Made by a program: the position numbers and the translations under genes
Notes under the pieces: generated by a model
What the model was told of the DNA's origin: nothing
The model's input: only the letters and a program-made list of their open reading frames with translations
Databases searched by the model: none
Shown here: piece after piece, positions 17,335-26,985 of the stretch
Position numbering within the stretch: the first letter of the stretch is position 1
How the letters are laid out: each line of letters starts with the position of its first letter
DNA from: an uncultured archaeon
Lineage (GTDB): Archaea; Asgardarchaeota; Thorarchaeia; Thorarchaeales; Thorarchaeaceae
Reading direction: 5' to 3'
Length of the DNA: 31,783 nucleotides
NCBI GenBank assembly: GCA_964458565.1
Contig: CAYWJO010000040.1
Location: forward strand, 1 to 31,783

Positions 17335-19863
17335 ATGAATGTGCTAGAAACGGAACACCCGCAATGGAGCATCCCTGTAGATGAATTGATAGAAACCCTT
17401 GGGACTCACAGGAATGGTCTTACAGCTCAGGATGCGAAAGGTCGAATAGAAACCTATGGTCGTAACAGACTCAGTCCGAAAAAGAGAACTGATTCACTGA
17501 CTCTCTTCATCTCTCAGTTTAGAAGCCCGATAATTATGATTTTACTCTTTGCGGCTCTACTTGCATTCTTCACAAATGATAGTATTGACGGTTTGATTAT
17601 CATCTTTATTATTCTCCTGAGCAGTATCCTTGGATTTATTCAGGAGCGATCTGCAAGCCATGCTGTTGAGAACCTTCATTCCATTGTTAGAGTCACATCA
17701 ACTGTTATCAGGGAGGGAGTAGCGGATGAAATCTCAACCGAAGAGATCGTTCCTGGAGATATAATCAGGCTCTCTGCGGGAGATATCATTCCCGGAGATT
17801 GTATCATAATTGAGTCCAAAGACCTCTTTGTTAATGAGTCTGCACTAACTGGTGAAACCTACCCAAGTGAGAAGCATGTTGGAGTGCTCCCTCCCCAAAC
17901 CGTTCTCTCAAAACGCATGAACTCACTCTTTATGGGAACCAATGTGACCACAGGCATCGGAATAGCGGTGGTTGTCGCCACTGGATTGACGACCGAGTTT
18001 GGAAAGATATCTGAACGGCTCAGAATTCGCCCCCCCATAACAGAGTTCGAACAGGGTATCAATAGGTTTGGGAATATGCTAGGTCAGTTAACCCTCCTGT
18101 TTGTCCTAGCAATCTTTGCATTTAATATCGCTTTCAACCGGTCTGCTATCGACTCCTTTCTCTTTACACTATCCCTTGCGGTGGGAATCACACCAAGTAT
18201 GCTGCCTGTGATAATCTCAATCAATCTCTCACATGGCGCAAAGAGGATGGCAAAGGCAAAGGTTATTGTGAAACAGCTGACTTCCATCGAGAACTTTGGA
18301 AGTATGGATGTTCTTTGCACAGACAAGACCGGTACACTGACAGAAGGAGTCATCCAAATCAACTCATCTCTGGATGGTAACGGGGAACCACACAGTCGTG
18401 TTCAGAACTACGCATACCTAAATGCATTATTTCAAACAGCTTATCATAATCCAGTTGATGCCGCCCTTGTGAGCCAGACACAATTCGATGCATCAGAGTA
18501 TTCGAAGCTGGATGAAGTGCCATTCGATTTTGTGAGAAAAAGACTAAGTATCCTTACACAAAAGGGAAGTTCAAGTATAATGATTACAAAAGGTGCAGTC
18601 CGCAACATCTTGGATATCTGCACTCACACAGAAGACGCATCTGGTAGAATCATCACCATCGGCGATTTGAAATCACATGCCTTACAGACCTATCAGCAAC
18701 TTAGTAATGAGGGATACAGGACCATAGGAGTTGCCTATCGTGAAATGGGTGACCAGAAGATCATTACCACATTTGATGAAGAAAAGATGACCTTCTTAGG
18801 ATTTGTAGTACTCCACGACCCTCTAAAACCGGGGATTGAAGATGTGATACATCGAATGCGTGAGCTTGGGGTCACACTCAAGATAATCACTGGGGATAAC
18901 CCACTGATTGCAGGTCACATTGCACATCAATTAGAAATTAAGAATGACGTCATACTTACAGGGTCTAAAATACGCACCATGAGTGACGAGGCACTTATGG
19001 CGAGTGTCATGGTCACTGATATTTTTGCAGAGGTTGAACCCAACCAGAAAGAACGAATCATCTATGCTCTACGAAAAGCAGGCAGCGTAGTTGGATACAT
19101 GGGAGATGGTATCAACGATGCTTCAGCATTACATGCTGCAGATGTGGGCATTTCGGTGACTGAAGCGGTGGATGTAGCCAAGGAAGCCGCTCAGATCGTG
19201 CTGCTCGAGAAAGATTTGGGTGTTCTCATCGAGGGTATTGAGGAGGGGCGTCAGACATTTGCTAACACTATGAAGTACGTATTCATCACCATGTCCGCAA
19301 ACTTTGGAAATATGTTCAGTATGGCAGGATTTTCACTCATCCTACCCTATCTTCCACTGTTACCCACTCAGATATTAGCGTTGAACTTTTTATCAGATTT
19401 ACCTGCAACGACAATTGCTGCTGATAACGTAGATTCGGAGCTTATTGAAACCCCTAAGAGATGGGACATCGGATTCATCAACCGATTCATGGTGACCTTT
19501 GGAATCCAGAGTACAATCTTCGATTATCTGACCCTTGCACTATTAGTCCTAGTTTTCCAGGTTAGTCAAGCGGAATTTCAGTCAAGCTGGTTTACCCTGT
19601 CTATTCTGACCGAACTTTTTGTCATGCTTATTGTTAGAACGAAGAAACCGTTCATCCGTAGTAAACCCGGTAAATACCTATTGGTTGTTTCATTCATAAT
19701 TCTCTTAGTCACATTACTGCTACCTTATACTCCCATTGGCGAACTCCTGCAATTGATACCCCTCACTGGACTATCTCTCGTTATAATACTTGGAATCCTT
19801 TCTGTCTATGTGATTACAACTGAGCTTACGAAGAGATTCTTCTACAAAAGAGTCCATTATTAA
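17335..19863 (+). CDS. mgtA: Magnesium-translocating P-type ATPase (P3B, MgtA-like)
   Basis: LTGET, IENFGSMDVLCTDKTGTLT, DEVPFDFVRKRLS, MITKGA, TGDN, GYMGDGINDASALHAADVGISV, SANFGNMFS and PKRWD are characteristic of the MgtA clade. Confidence 0.88.
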   Translation: MNVLETEHPQWSIPVDELIETLGTHRNGLTAQDAKGRIETYGRNRLSPKKRTDSLTLFISQFRSPIIMILLFAALLAFFTNDSIDGLIIIFIILLSSILGFIQERSASHAVENLHSIVRVTSTVIREGVADEISTEEIVPGDIIRLSAGDIIPGDCIIIESKDLFVNESALTGETYPSEKHVGVLPPQTVLSKRMNSLFMGTNVTTGIGIAVVVATGLTTEFGKISERLRIRPPITEFEQGINRFGNMLGQLTLLFVLAIFAFNIAFNRSAIDSFLFTLSLAVGITPSMLPVIISINLSHGAKRMAKAKVIVKQLTSIENFGSMDVLCTDKTGTLTEGVIQINSSLDGNGEPHSRVQNYAYLNALFQTAYHNPVDAALVSQTQFDASEYSKLDEVPFDFVRKRLSILTQKGSSSIMITKGAVRNILDICTHTEDASGRIITIGDLKSHALQTYQQLSNEGYRTIGVAYREMGDQKIITTFDEEKMTFLGFVVLHDPLKPGIEDVIHRMRELGVTLKIITGDNPLIAGHIAHQLEIKNDVILTGSKIRTMSDEALMASVMVTDIFAEVEPNQKERIIYALRKAGSVVGYMGDGINDASALHAADVGISVTEAVDVAKEAAQIVLLEKDLGVLIEGIEEGRQTFANTMKYVFITMSANFGNMFSMAGFSLILPYLPLLPTQILALNFLSDLPATTIAADNVDSELIETPKRWDIGFINRFMVTFGIQSTIFDYLTLALLVLVFQVSQAEFQSSWFTLSILTELFVMLIVRTKKPFIRSKPGKYLLVVSFIILLVTLLLPYTPIGELLQLIPLTGLSLVIILGILSVYVITTELTKRFFYKRVHY

Positions 19864-19899
19864 CATGATTGAACTTACTATTTTGTTGGAATAGTGAGA

Positions 19900-20850
19900 T
19901 CAACTAGTTCGACTTGGCAGGCTCCTCATATAGTATGTATCACCCTTGTATCTAATTCCAATTAGTCTTCTTTCATCTATCAAATTAAGAATGATGTCCC
20001 AATTGGAATTCGCGGATGACACGAGTTTCCTGACTGCATCCTCACGCATTGGATGCACAGCAGTGATACTAAGAATATCGTCAGTTAGATTTCCTGTTGA
20101 TGAGAACGAATCACCCTCATATCCAATCAGTAGTTCTACCTTATTGGCTCCTAAGACCTCTGCAAACTTATTAAATGCATGATTCAGAACCCTCTCTGCT
20201 GCTGGTTCTACCCAGTCCAAGGTTGGCGGTCGAGTTGGTATTGCAATATATGACTTGGTAATTTTCAGACTGTCAAGAAACTCAGCAATTCTGTGAATCT
20301 CTTCATTGTAATCGATGTGATGGAGAAACATGGTCTCAGTGATGATAGTCCCATCATATTCGTCTGAGAATGCTATGATACCATCAAGTATCTTCTGAAG
20401 TTTTAATGCTTTATGTGGTCTGTCTACCCTTCCCCACATTTCCTCGGTTACTCCATCAATCTTTAGAGAAACCAAATTGCTTGAATTCAATGCATCTTTA
20501 ACCTCAGTATCCCATATCAACGATGCATTGGTCAGTACAGCAATAGGGATGTCTAACTGACCCACTAACTCTACCTCTCTCTTCAGATTCGTATCAAGAG
20601 TTGGTTCTCCATCAGGAACAAAGGTGAGATAATCTATGCTCTCACCTTTAGATATTGCAGCTTCTACTCTAGCTTGGGTATCTTCAAAGATTCTGTTTGG
20701 ATCATAGAAGGTCCGTTTCTTGTTTGTTAATTCTATAGTTTTTCCTAGCTGACAATATACACAAGAGTACGAACATATCTTTGCTGGGATATTATTGATA
20801 CCTATACTTCTTCCCAAGCGTCGTGAGGGAACAGGTCCATACGCAATCAA
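19900..20850 (-). CDS. Radical SAM Fe-S protein (COG0731-like)
   Basis: YGPVPSRRLGRSIGIN followed by CSYSCVYC (CxxxCxxC), GEPTL and TNASL. TTG start overlaps the upstream stop (TTGA). Confidence 0.9.
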   Translation of the reverse strand: MIAYGPVPSRRLGRSIGINNIPAKICSYSCVYCQLGKTIELTNKKRTFYDPNRIFEDTQARVEAAISKGESIDYLTFVPDGEPTLDTNLKREVELVGQLDIPIAVLTNASLIWDTEVKDALNSSNLVSLKIDGVTEEMWGRVDRPHKALKLQKILDGIIAFSDEYDGTIITETMFLHHIDYNEEIHRIAEFLDSLKITKSYIAIPTRPPTLDWVEPAAERVLNHAFNKFAEVLGANKVELLIGYEGDSFSSTGNLTDDILSITAVHPMREDAVRKLVSSANSNWDIILNLIDERRLIGIRYKGDTYYMRSLPSRTS

Positions 20851-21149
20851 AATCTTCGCCCTCTCCTATGGCGATACCTTCTTCCCCTACCATCCTCGTT
20901 TCTTCGATAAACCATTTTACCTTGAGTACTAAGACTAGTATTTCGTAATCCATCTATACGCGGAGCTCTAACTTGGCATGGTACATAGATCTCTTCAAGC
21001 TCATCAGCAATGTATCTTTTAGATCTATATTCAAACCTATTGCATCCTTGTTCATCTGGATTCACGTGCTTCTGTTGTAGGGTGCAAAATCCATTAACGA
21101 AATGTATACAGACTCTGTGTGTCTGAGCTCTTTCTATCAACATCATCAT
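20847..21149 (-). CDS. Small Cys/His protein with Arg/Gly-rich tail
   Basis: CIHFVNGFC-x13-C motif and GRGRRYRHRRGRRF tail; translationally coupled to the radical SAM gene. Confidence 0.65.
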   Translation of the reverse strand: MMMLIERAQTHRVCIHFVNGFCTLQQKHVNPDEQGCNRFEYRSKRYIADELEEIYVPCQVRAPRIDGLRNTSLSTQGKMVYRRNEDGRGRRYRHRRGRRF

Positions 21150-21243
21150 GTAATTATGTGTTTATGCACAAATTAATGATTGGGTCTAACACACCTGATC
21201 CAACAATATTCTCTAATGGTCATCATTAATATGCAAACAAAAT

Positions 21244-21789
21244 TTGAACGGGTCAGGCGTTTCACAATTGACCGATGATAAAGACTCCACAGGCTGGGAG
21301 AGAAAAAAGGAGCAATCAAGAGCTCGTGCTAAACGGTTGAAAGAGAACGTTGAAGCAGCTCGAAGAAAACATCTAGGTGTATCTCAGACTCCCGGTGTCA
21401 AGGTGAAAGGATACGAGTTTCAAGATAGTTCACCAGACGATACAAATTCCGAGGATTTACAATCAATAGTGACTTCGTACATTTTACGCAGGGGTGGATT
21501 TGAAGTCGTTGGAGAGGATGCCAAAGTCATGAATATCCTGACCAGAGAACGCAACTCGGACGTTGCATCTATCCATATTGCCCGTATAACAGGTCTTGAT
21601 GAGAAGTATGGCCTCGCACGGAAGTTCTTTGCAAAGAGAAACGAATCCGTGAAGGCTTCTCAACTTGAGGACGGAGCGATTATCGAATACGGACTAGAGA
21701 GCTACAAGGGATTCGTAAGCAGAACATATTACGTCGTTCGAGGTTGGGAGTTCTCTCCTTTTGTCCAACACAATTACCGGAAAGATTGA
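21244..21789 (+). CDS. Hypothetical protein
   Basis: 181-aa ORF filling the gap, with a charged N-terminal helix and a globular C-terminal part. TTG start is uncertain. Confidence 0.7.
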   Translation: MNGSGVSQLTDDKDSTGWERKKEQSRARAKRLKENVEAARRKHLGVSQTPGVKVKGYEFQDSSPDDTNSEDLQSIVTSYILRRGGFEVVGEDAKVMNILTRERNSDVASIHIARITGLDEKYGLARKFFAKRNESVKASQLEDGAIIEYGLESYKGFVSRTYYVVRGWEFSPFVQHNYRKD

Positions 21790-21852
21790 TTGTTGATTTA
21801 ATACGAACTAATTCAATCTCCGCATATTCTTCTGAGTTGGAGTTCAGAATTC

Positions 21853-23136
21853 CTAAGATGTGGCTACCTCCAAAGACTGTTGCGGCTTTCCCTCTCGTAT
21901 CCCAAGAACCAATAGGAATCCTATTGCGATAACCACTACGAGGTAGATGATTGACCAGAAGTACGATGTTCCTACTCTCAATACTTCCAATATGATGGAT
22001 CCAAGAAAACCTCCCAGATTACCAAACTCGAAAGCGAGCCCTGTACTGGCACCTGACAACTCAGGTCCAACTGATTCAAACTCCTCTAGCATCGAGAGAG
22101 CTATTGGCATCACCGAAATCAAGAAGAAACCAAGTATAGCTGACGCAATGAATGTCACCTCAATGATAGTCGAGGTTCCAACGATCAACGTAGCAATCGC
22201 TCCTACAGCTAGAGAGATGACAAGGAATGGTTTTCTTCTTCCAATTTTATCTGAGATGGCTGGGATCACAATAGCTCCTATTATACCGAATACCATCAAA
22301 AGAACCATCACAATTGCTGGACTGCCAAGACCTGCTTCGATAACGAACCCAAGACTAAGCAGTAACTCCTCTACTATTGCAGTCAGACCTATGAATATAC
22401 CAAAACCACCAAAGAATCCAAATGAGATTATCCAGACATTCTTGTCCTTTAGCATACCACGGACGTTTGGTGTGGTCTCAGCAAGCACATCAATATCTGG
22501 AGGATGTGGTGGTTTGTTTCTAGCAACTGCAAAGAAGACTACTGTAAGAATCATGGCCAATATCGCATCTAGATAGAGGATAGATTCAAGGTTTGCTTGC
22601 GCGAGTGATACTGTGTACCCTGGTTGTCCATAGAGTGGTGAGGTCCAAAGTAGCATACTGAGAACAGTCCCTAGAAGCATCCCGAGCAACATGAAGAGGG
22701 TGCTGACTCCGGTTGCGAGACCGCGCTCACCTTTGGGAAACCAACTCACGCTCAGGTAGACGATGCAGTTCTGGATCATGACGGAGCCAATCGAGAGTCC
22801 GAATTGGCAGATAAATATCATTGCGAAGTCATTAATCAGGAAAATCCGAAGAATGCCAAACAATGTCTGGATTATCGCACCAGCGCCTGCCACGATAACA
22901 AGTCCCTTTCTATCTGCCAGCAACCCGATAGGGATTGAAAGGATGATAAATGCAAGCGGCTGCGATGCTGTTAGAAGCACCACTCCAGGGTCTCCAGCAG
23001 CAAGTCCTAGCACTGGTGTGACTTCATTCCTAATCAGAGTGAATGCAAGCCACATCATTTGTCCGACCATGAATATCAGACCAAAGACCAATAAAACTGC
23101 CCAACGATAACTGTAAACACGAGCCTCTTCAGACAT
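21853..23136 (-). CDS. MFS transporter, FLVCR/SLC49-like
   Basis: About 12 TM segments, motif A GLLADRKG and ISDKIGRRK, N-terminal VYSYRWAVL...QMMW, WFPKGERGLATG; AGGTGA RBS. Confidence 0.9.
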   Translation of the reverse strand: MSEEARVYSYRWAVLLVFGLIFMVGQMMWLAFTLIRNEVTPVLGLAAGDPGVVLLTASQPLAFIILSIPIGLLADRKGLVIVAGAGAIIQTLFGILRIFLINDFAMIFICQFGLSIGSVMIQNCIVYLSVSWFPKGERGLATGVSTLFMLLGMLLGTVLSMLLWTSPLYGQPGYTVSLAQANLESILYLDAILAMILTVVFFAVARNKPPHPPDIDVLAETTPNVRGMLKDKNVWIISFGFFGGFGIFIGLTAIVEELLLSLGFVIEAGLGSPAIVMVLLMVFGIIGAIVIPAISDKIGRRKPFLVISLAVGAIATLIVGTSTIIEVTFIASAILGFFLISVMPIALSMLEEFESVGPELSGASTGLAFEFGNLGGFLGSIILEVLRVGTSYFWSIIYLVVVIAIGFLLVLGIREGKPQQSLEVATS

Positions 23137-23333
23137 CTATCTCACCTAATCACGCAATAATGAAATATTGTTTCTGGGAGATGTATTCGGTCACCTAAAT
23201 TAGTTCTGGTTCTCAAAATTGTAGCATCCAATTCCCTTCGAGATGGCTTGATATAATAAAACCCAATTTAGTAAAATCCATTGCACTGAGTATGTTATAT
23301 TCTAATTATCCCATAATGAAGGTGTGAAATATT

Positions 23334-23831
23334 ATGAATGAAGACAAGAATGCCACTCACAGTTTGGAGGAAGAGGTATTCAAGACCCCTAGCCATCAGA
23401 TTCGACGTGATATCATAAGGCACATTGGAGAGAGTAAGGGTGCGAGGTTCACCGAGATAAAGAGAGCTGTTGGAATAGATGAGAGTGCTTCTCTCTCCTA
23501 TCATCTGGGCACATTGGGTCCCCTATTACTCCATAAGGATGAATTGTATAAATTATCTGAGCTAGGAAATGATGCTTACTCACTGATGGCTAAACTTGTA
23601 TCTTATTCCTCCTCCGCTGCAATTTTGGGTTCTGTTAAGAGACAGCTGGGCGCAACAATCATTGCAAATTCTCTCATGTGGATCTCCGCTATTGCCTTCC
23701 TGATTGTTATTGAAGGTCCCTTGGAGTTTCTTACACTGAGTACTTTCGTGACCCTCTTTTCGATTAGTAACATCATTCTATATTCCATCATCCAGAGCAC
23801 AAAACCCGGATTAGTTCTCCAAAATCAGTGA
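23334..23831 (+). CDS. Membrane-tethered ArsR-like wHTH regulator
   Basis: HQIRRDII...RFTEIK...SLSYHLGTL...YKLSELG, followed by two TM helices. Confidence 0.8.
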   Translation: MNEDKNATHSLEEEVFKTPSHQIRRDIIRHIGESKGARFTEIKRAVGIDESASLSYHLGTLGPLLLHKDELYKLSELGNDAYSLMAKLVSYSSSAAILGSVKRQLGATIIANSLMWISAIAFLIVIEGPLEFLTLSTFVTLFSISNIILYSIIQSTKPGLVLQNQ

Positions 23832-23910
23832 TGACCCAATATGACTTTGTAATGGTGTCATATGACTAGAATAGGAGTCATCTCAAGAGCTCGATTATGA
23901 TCTGCAATCA

Positions 23911-26814
23911 TCATGTAGTTCCTCTTCTCCCCAAACGAGAGAGAGCCTCTTTCCTGTACACCATAATGATGACTATTATCACAACAAGACCTCCACCTAG
24001 TCCCGCTCCTATGACAAGTGTCACCAAGGGATCAATCCCACTCGGAAGTGAGGGTGTGGTAGGAGTTGTTGTGGATATGGAGGATGTGGATGTTGTAGTC
24101 GTTATCGTAGTCGTAATTATGACGGTCGTTGTAGAAGTTGTTGTAGGCGTTGTAGTGGTCGGTGCCTCAAGGACCGTCACGACTAATATTGCAGAGCAGT
24201 AATTGCCATAAGGGTCATAAGCTCGCACCTCAAGCCTGTAGACTCCCGGCTCTAGAATCACAACATTCTGGAGTAGACCATGTTCATCAAGAGTAAAGTG
24301 GTTAGTGTCATTCAGCCACCAGTTGTCGATTCCTGATGAGTCCCACGCCTCTATGAAGACCTCTAATGATTCACCATACTCAATAGTCTGGGTGATATGA
24401 AAGGTCACCCATGCTGGGGGTGTTGTGTCTTCCTGCGGAGGGTTGACTGTGATAGTGAGATTTCCTGAGAGTCCATTCCCAGATACATCATAGACATCCA
24501 CTGTCAAGGGATATTCCCCTGCTACAAGAACGGTGTTGTTTCTAATCACACCATATTCGTCTATGGAGAAGTGAGTTATATCATCAATCACCCAGTGGTC
24601 AATTCCAGACTCATCCCATGCCGCAAGCTGGATCACAAGTGAACTTCCATGTGCTATAGTCTGGTCAAGAGGACCTATAATCCACTCAGGGGGTGTTGTG
24701 TCCGATGTTGGAGGCTCAACAGTAACTGTAACGACAGCTGAGAGTTCATTCCCATAGATGTCGTACACTGTCAAATCCAGAGCATATGAACCAGGTTGGA
24801 GAATGGTCTTGTTTGTGATACAAGCAGTGCTGCCATCTGCATAGAAACTTGCTTGAAGGCTGAAGTGCGTTGTATCATTGAGTTCCCAGCGGTCTATACC
24901 TGAGGGATCAATTGCTATCACCTGATACTCAAACTCCGTTAGGTATGTCAGGACCTGATTCGTTGGAATGGTCCACCAACCAGGGGGATTGCTAGCATCT
25001 CTGACTACACTGATTCGAAATATCGCTGAGAGAGAGAATTCATAGATATTAGCGACGGTCACATTTAATCCATGATTGCCCACAGGAAGCCCTCCAAATG
25101 ATTCAAGGAATCCGTCTTCGTCTATGGCAAATCGTATTGTATCGTTGACTGACCAAAAAATGGGAGATGGTGCCGTAGCATCAAAATCGAACCAAAACGA
25201 GTAAGGATACTCTACAGTCAGACTCTCAGGAATACTTGAAGTCCATCTGGGTGTGTAGGGCAGATACATCAATGGATGTGAATCTATACTACCTCCAGAG
25301 ATTGAGTAAGAAGAGTCACCTATCCCGTCTTGATTTCCATCGATTCCATCATAATCAGACCAGTAATTATAATCGAAGATGTTGTTGGAACTATAACTAT
25401 TCGCGTTTTCCTGATTATCTATGAAGACATTCCAACGCGCATCATTATGGTGTGCAGGAGAAAGAAGCATACCGTAATAGTTACCACTAATCTTGTTGTG
25501 AGAAATAATATTTGAATCTCCATCAGAAATGTATATACCACTCATGTCATTGTTATTACATGTGTTGTTGGAAATGTTGTTGGAATCCGAATTAATCACT
25601 AGGATACCATTATACCCATTATTGTTACAAGTGTTATTTGTAATCATGCCCGGGAGGGAGTATTCAATGCAAATGCCATCCGACCCATTATTACTGCAGG
25701 TATTATTAGAAACGGTATTTGAATCTGAATCGAAGCTGCTGATATATATACCATAGTAATAATTGTTGATGCAGATGCTATTTGAAACAGTATTGGATTC
25801 AGCATCATCTAAAATAATGCCATGATATCCATTATTACTACAGTTACTGTGAGAAATAGTGTTGGAATCCGAGTTTTCTAGGAGTATACCATAAAAACCA
25901 TTGCTGCCGCAAGTGTTTCTGGAAAGGGTGTTAGAATGAGAAGAACTAACTGAAATCCCGTTATCGGAGTTACTACTCACTATATTATTGGACACAGTAT
26001 TGAATTGAGAATTTTGAAGGAAAATACCATGAGCAGCATTGCTTTCACAGGTGTTGTTTCTAACTATATTTGAACTAGCAATGATTAAATCTATTCCATT
26101 ATAGCTCTGATGATTGCAGATATTGTTGGACACAACGTTTGAATTTGCCTCATTGATAGCTATTCCACTCGCAGCATTATAATTACAGATGTTGTTCACC
26201 ACCATGTTGAGTGTGGACCGATAGATGACTATTCCACGCCAGTGATTTGTGCATGTATTGTTGTCTATAAGATTAGATTCTGCGTAGTTTAGATGGATGC
26301 CCCAAGTATTCGTATCGAGGACATTGTCTGTTATTGTATTATTGTCACATTCATAGAAGTAGATACCATAGTAGTCATCCAAGAAACTGTTATTGATGAT
26401 CTTACCATTTGTGACATTGTTCATGTAGATTCCTGCTCCAGGATTGACACTTGCTCCTGTGAGATTACAGTTGCTGATGGTGAAGTTGACTCGAGTATTG
26501 ACGATGCTGATGCAGTGACCCATTACTCCTCCAAGGGCGATGTCCAACCCAGTGATGAGATATGGTGTTTCAGATGAGCCATCACCTGACCACCCTTCTG
26601 CAACAGCAGTAGCACTGAAATTGTCATCACCATCGATTGTTATGGGCGCATGAGGTGTGCCCGCCAGGGACACGCGACCCCAATCAGGTTCTGAGACCAA
26701 TACACTTGACTGTTGGTGATCACTCTCATAATCAATGGATAATCCAAAACCTCCTAGGACTAAAATGAACACCAGAAATATAGAACTCCACAAGACTCCA
26801 TCCTTTCTATGCAT
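23911..26814 (-). CDS. Cell-surface glycoprotein: NosD/CASH beta-helix, four cadherin/Ig-like repeats, Thr-rich stalk, C-terminal TM
   Basis: Signal peptide, GWSGDGSSETPYLI cap, ~15 GI.L..S.SN.ISNN.C..N repeats, NYWSDYDGIDGNQDGIGD, four ~85-95 aa repeats, poly-Thr, TM and a basic tail. Confidence 0.92.
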   Translation of the reverse strand: MHRKDGVLWSSIFLVFILVLGGFGLSIDYESDHQQSSVLVSEPDWGRVSLAGTPHAPITIDGDDNFSATAVAEGWSGDGSSETPYLITGLDIALGGVMGHCISIVNTRVNFTISNCNLTGASVNPGAGIYMNNVTNGKIINNSFLDDYYGIYFYECDNNTITDNVLDTNTWGIHLNYAESNLIDNNTCTNHWRGIVIYRSTLNMVVNNICNYNAASGIAINEANSNVVSNNICNHQSYNGIDLIIASSNIVRNNTCESNAAHGIFLQNSQFNTVSNNIVSSNSDNGISVSSSHSNTLSRNTCGSNGFYGILLENSDSNTISHSNCSNNGYHGIILDDAESNTVSNSICINNYYYGIYISSFDSDSNTVSNNTCSNNGSDGICIEYSLPGMITNNTCNNNGYNGILVINSDSNNISNNTCNNNDMSGIYISDGDSNIISHNKISGNYYGMLLSPAHHNDARWNVFIDNQENANSYSSNNIFDYNYWSDYDGIDGNQDGIGDSSYSISGGSIDSHPLMYLPYTPRWTSSIPESLTVEYPYSFWFDFDATAPSPIFWSVNDTIRFAIDEDGFLESFGGLPVGNHGLNVTVANIYEFSLSAIFRISVVRDASNPPGWWTIPTNQVLTYLTEFEYQVIAIDPSGIDRWELNDTTHFSLQASFYADGSTACITNKTILQPGSYALDLTVYDIYGNELSAVVTVTVEPPTSDTTPPEWIIGPLDQTIAHGSSLVIQLAAWDESGIDHWVIDDITHFSIDEYGVIRNNTVLVAGEYPLTVDVYDVSGNGLSGNLTITVNPPQEDTTPPAWVTFHITQTIEYGESLEVFIEAWDSSGIDNWWLNDTNHFTLDEHGLLQNVVILEPGVYRLEVRAYDPYGNYCSAILVVTVLEAPTTTTPTTTSTTTVIITTTITTTTSTSSISTTTPTTPSLPSGIDPLVTLVIGAGLGGGLVVIIVIIMVYRKEALSRLGRRGTT

Positions 26815-26985
26815 GAACAGTCTCTCCTCAGCTGCGACGAACGCTATCGAGGCTTACTCATGCTTGCCAAGAAATCAGGATTCAATGCTGTGCTACTGTT
26901 TTTCGTCTCCCTCGCAATACTTGCTCTATCTTTGAGTTTGATGCTTATTAATCATTGTAGATACATATCTCAAAGTGCACAATCA

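Noticed and set aside
19900-20850. Calling the radical SAM protein Tyw1/Taw1 wyosine synthase
   Set aside because: It lacks the N-terminal extra-cluster Cys motif and the CxxxCxFCWR signature of Taw1; only the broader family is supported.
21947-23110. 209-aa and 115-aa plus-strand ORFs
   Set aside because: Antisense to the hydrophobic MFS gene, a typical stop-poor shadow frame; the same applies to 29910-30764.
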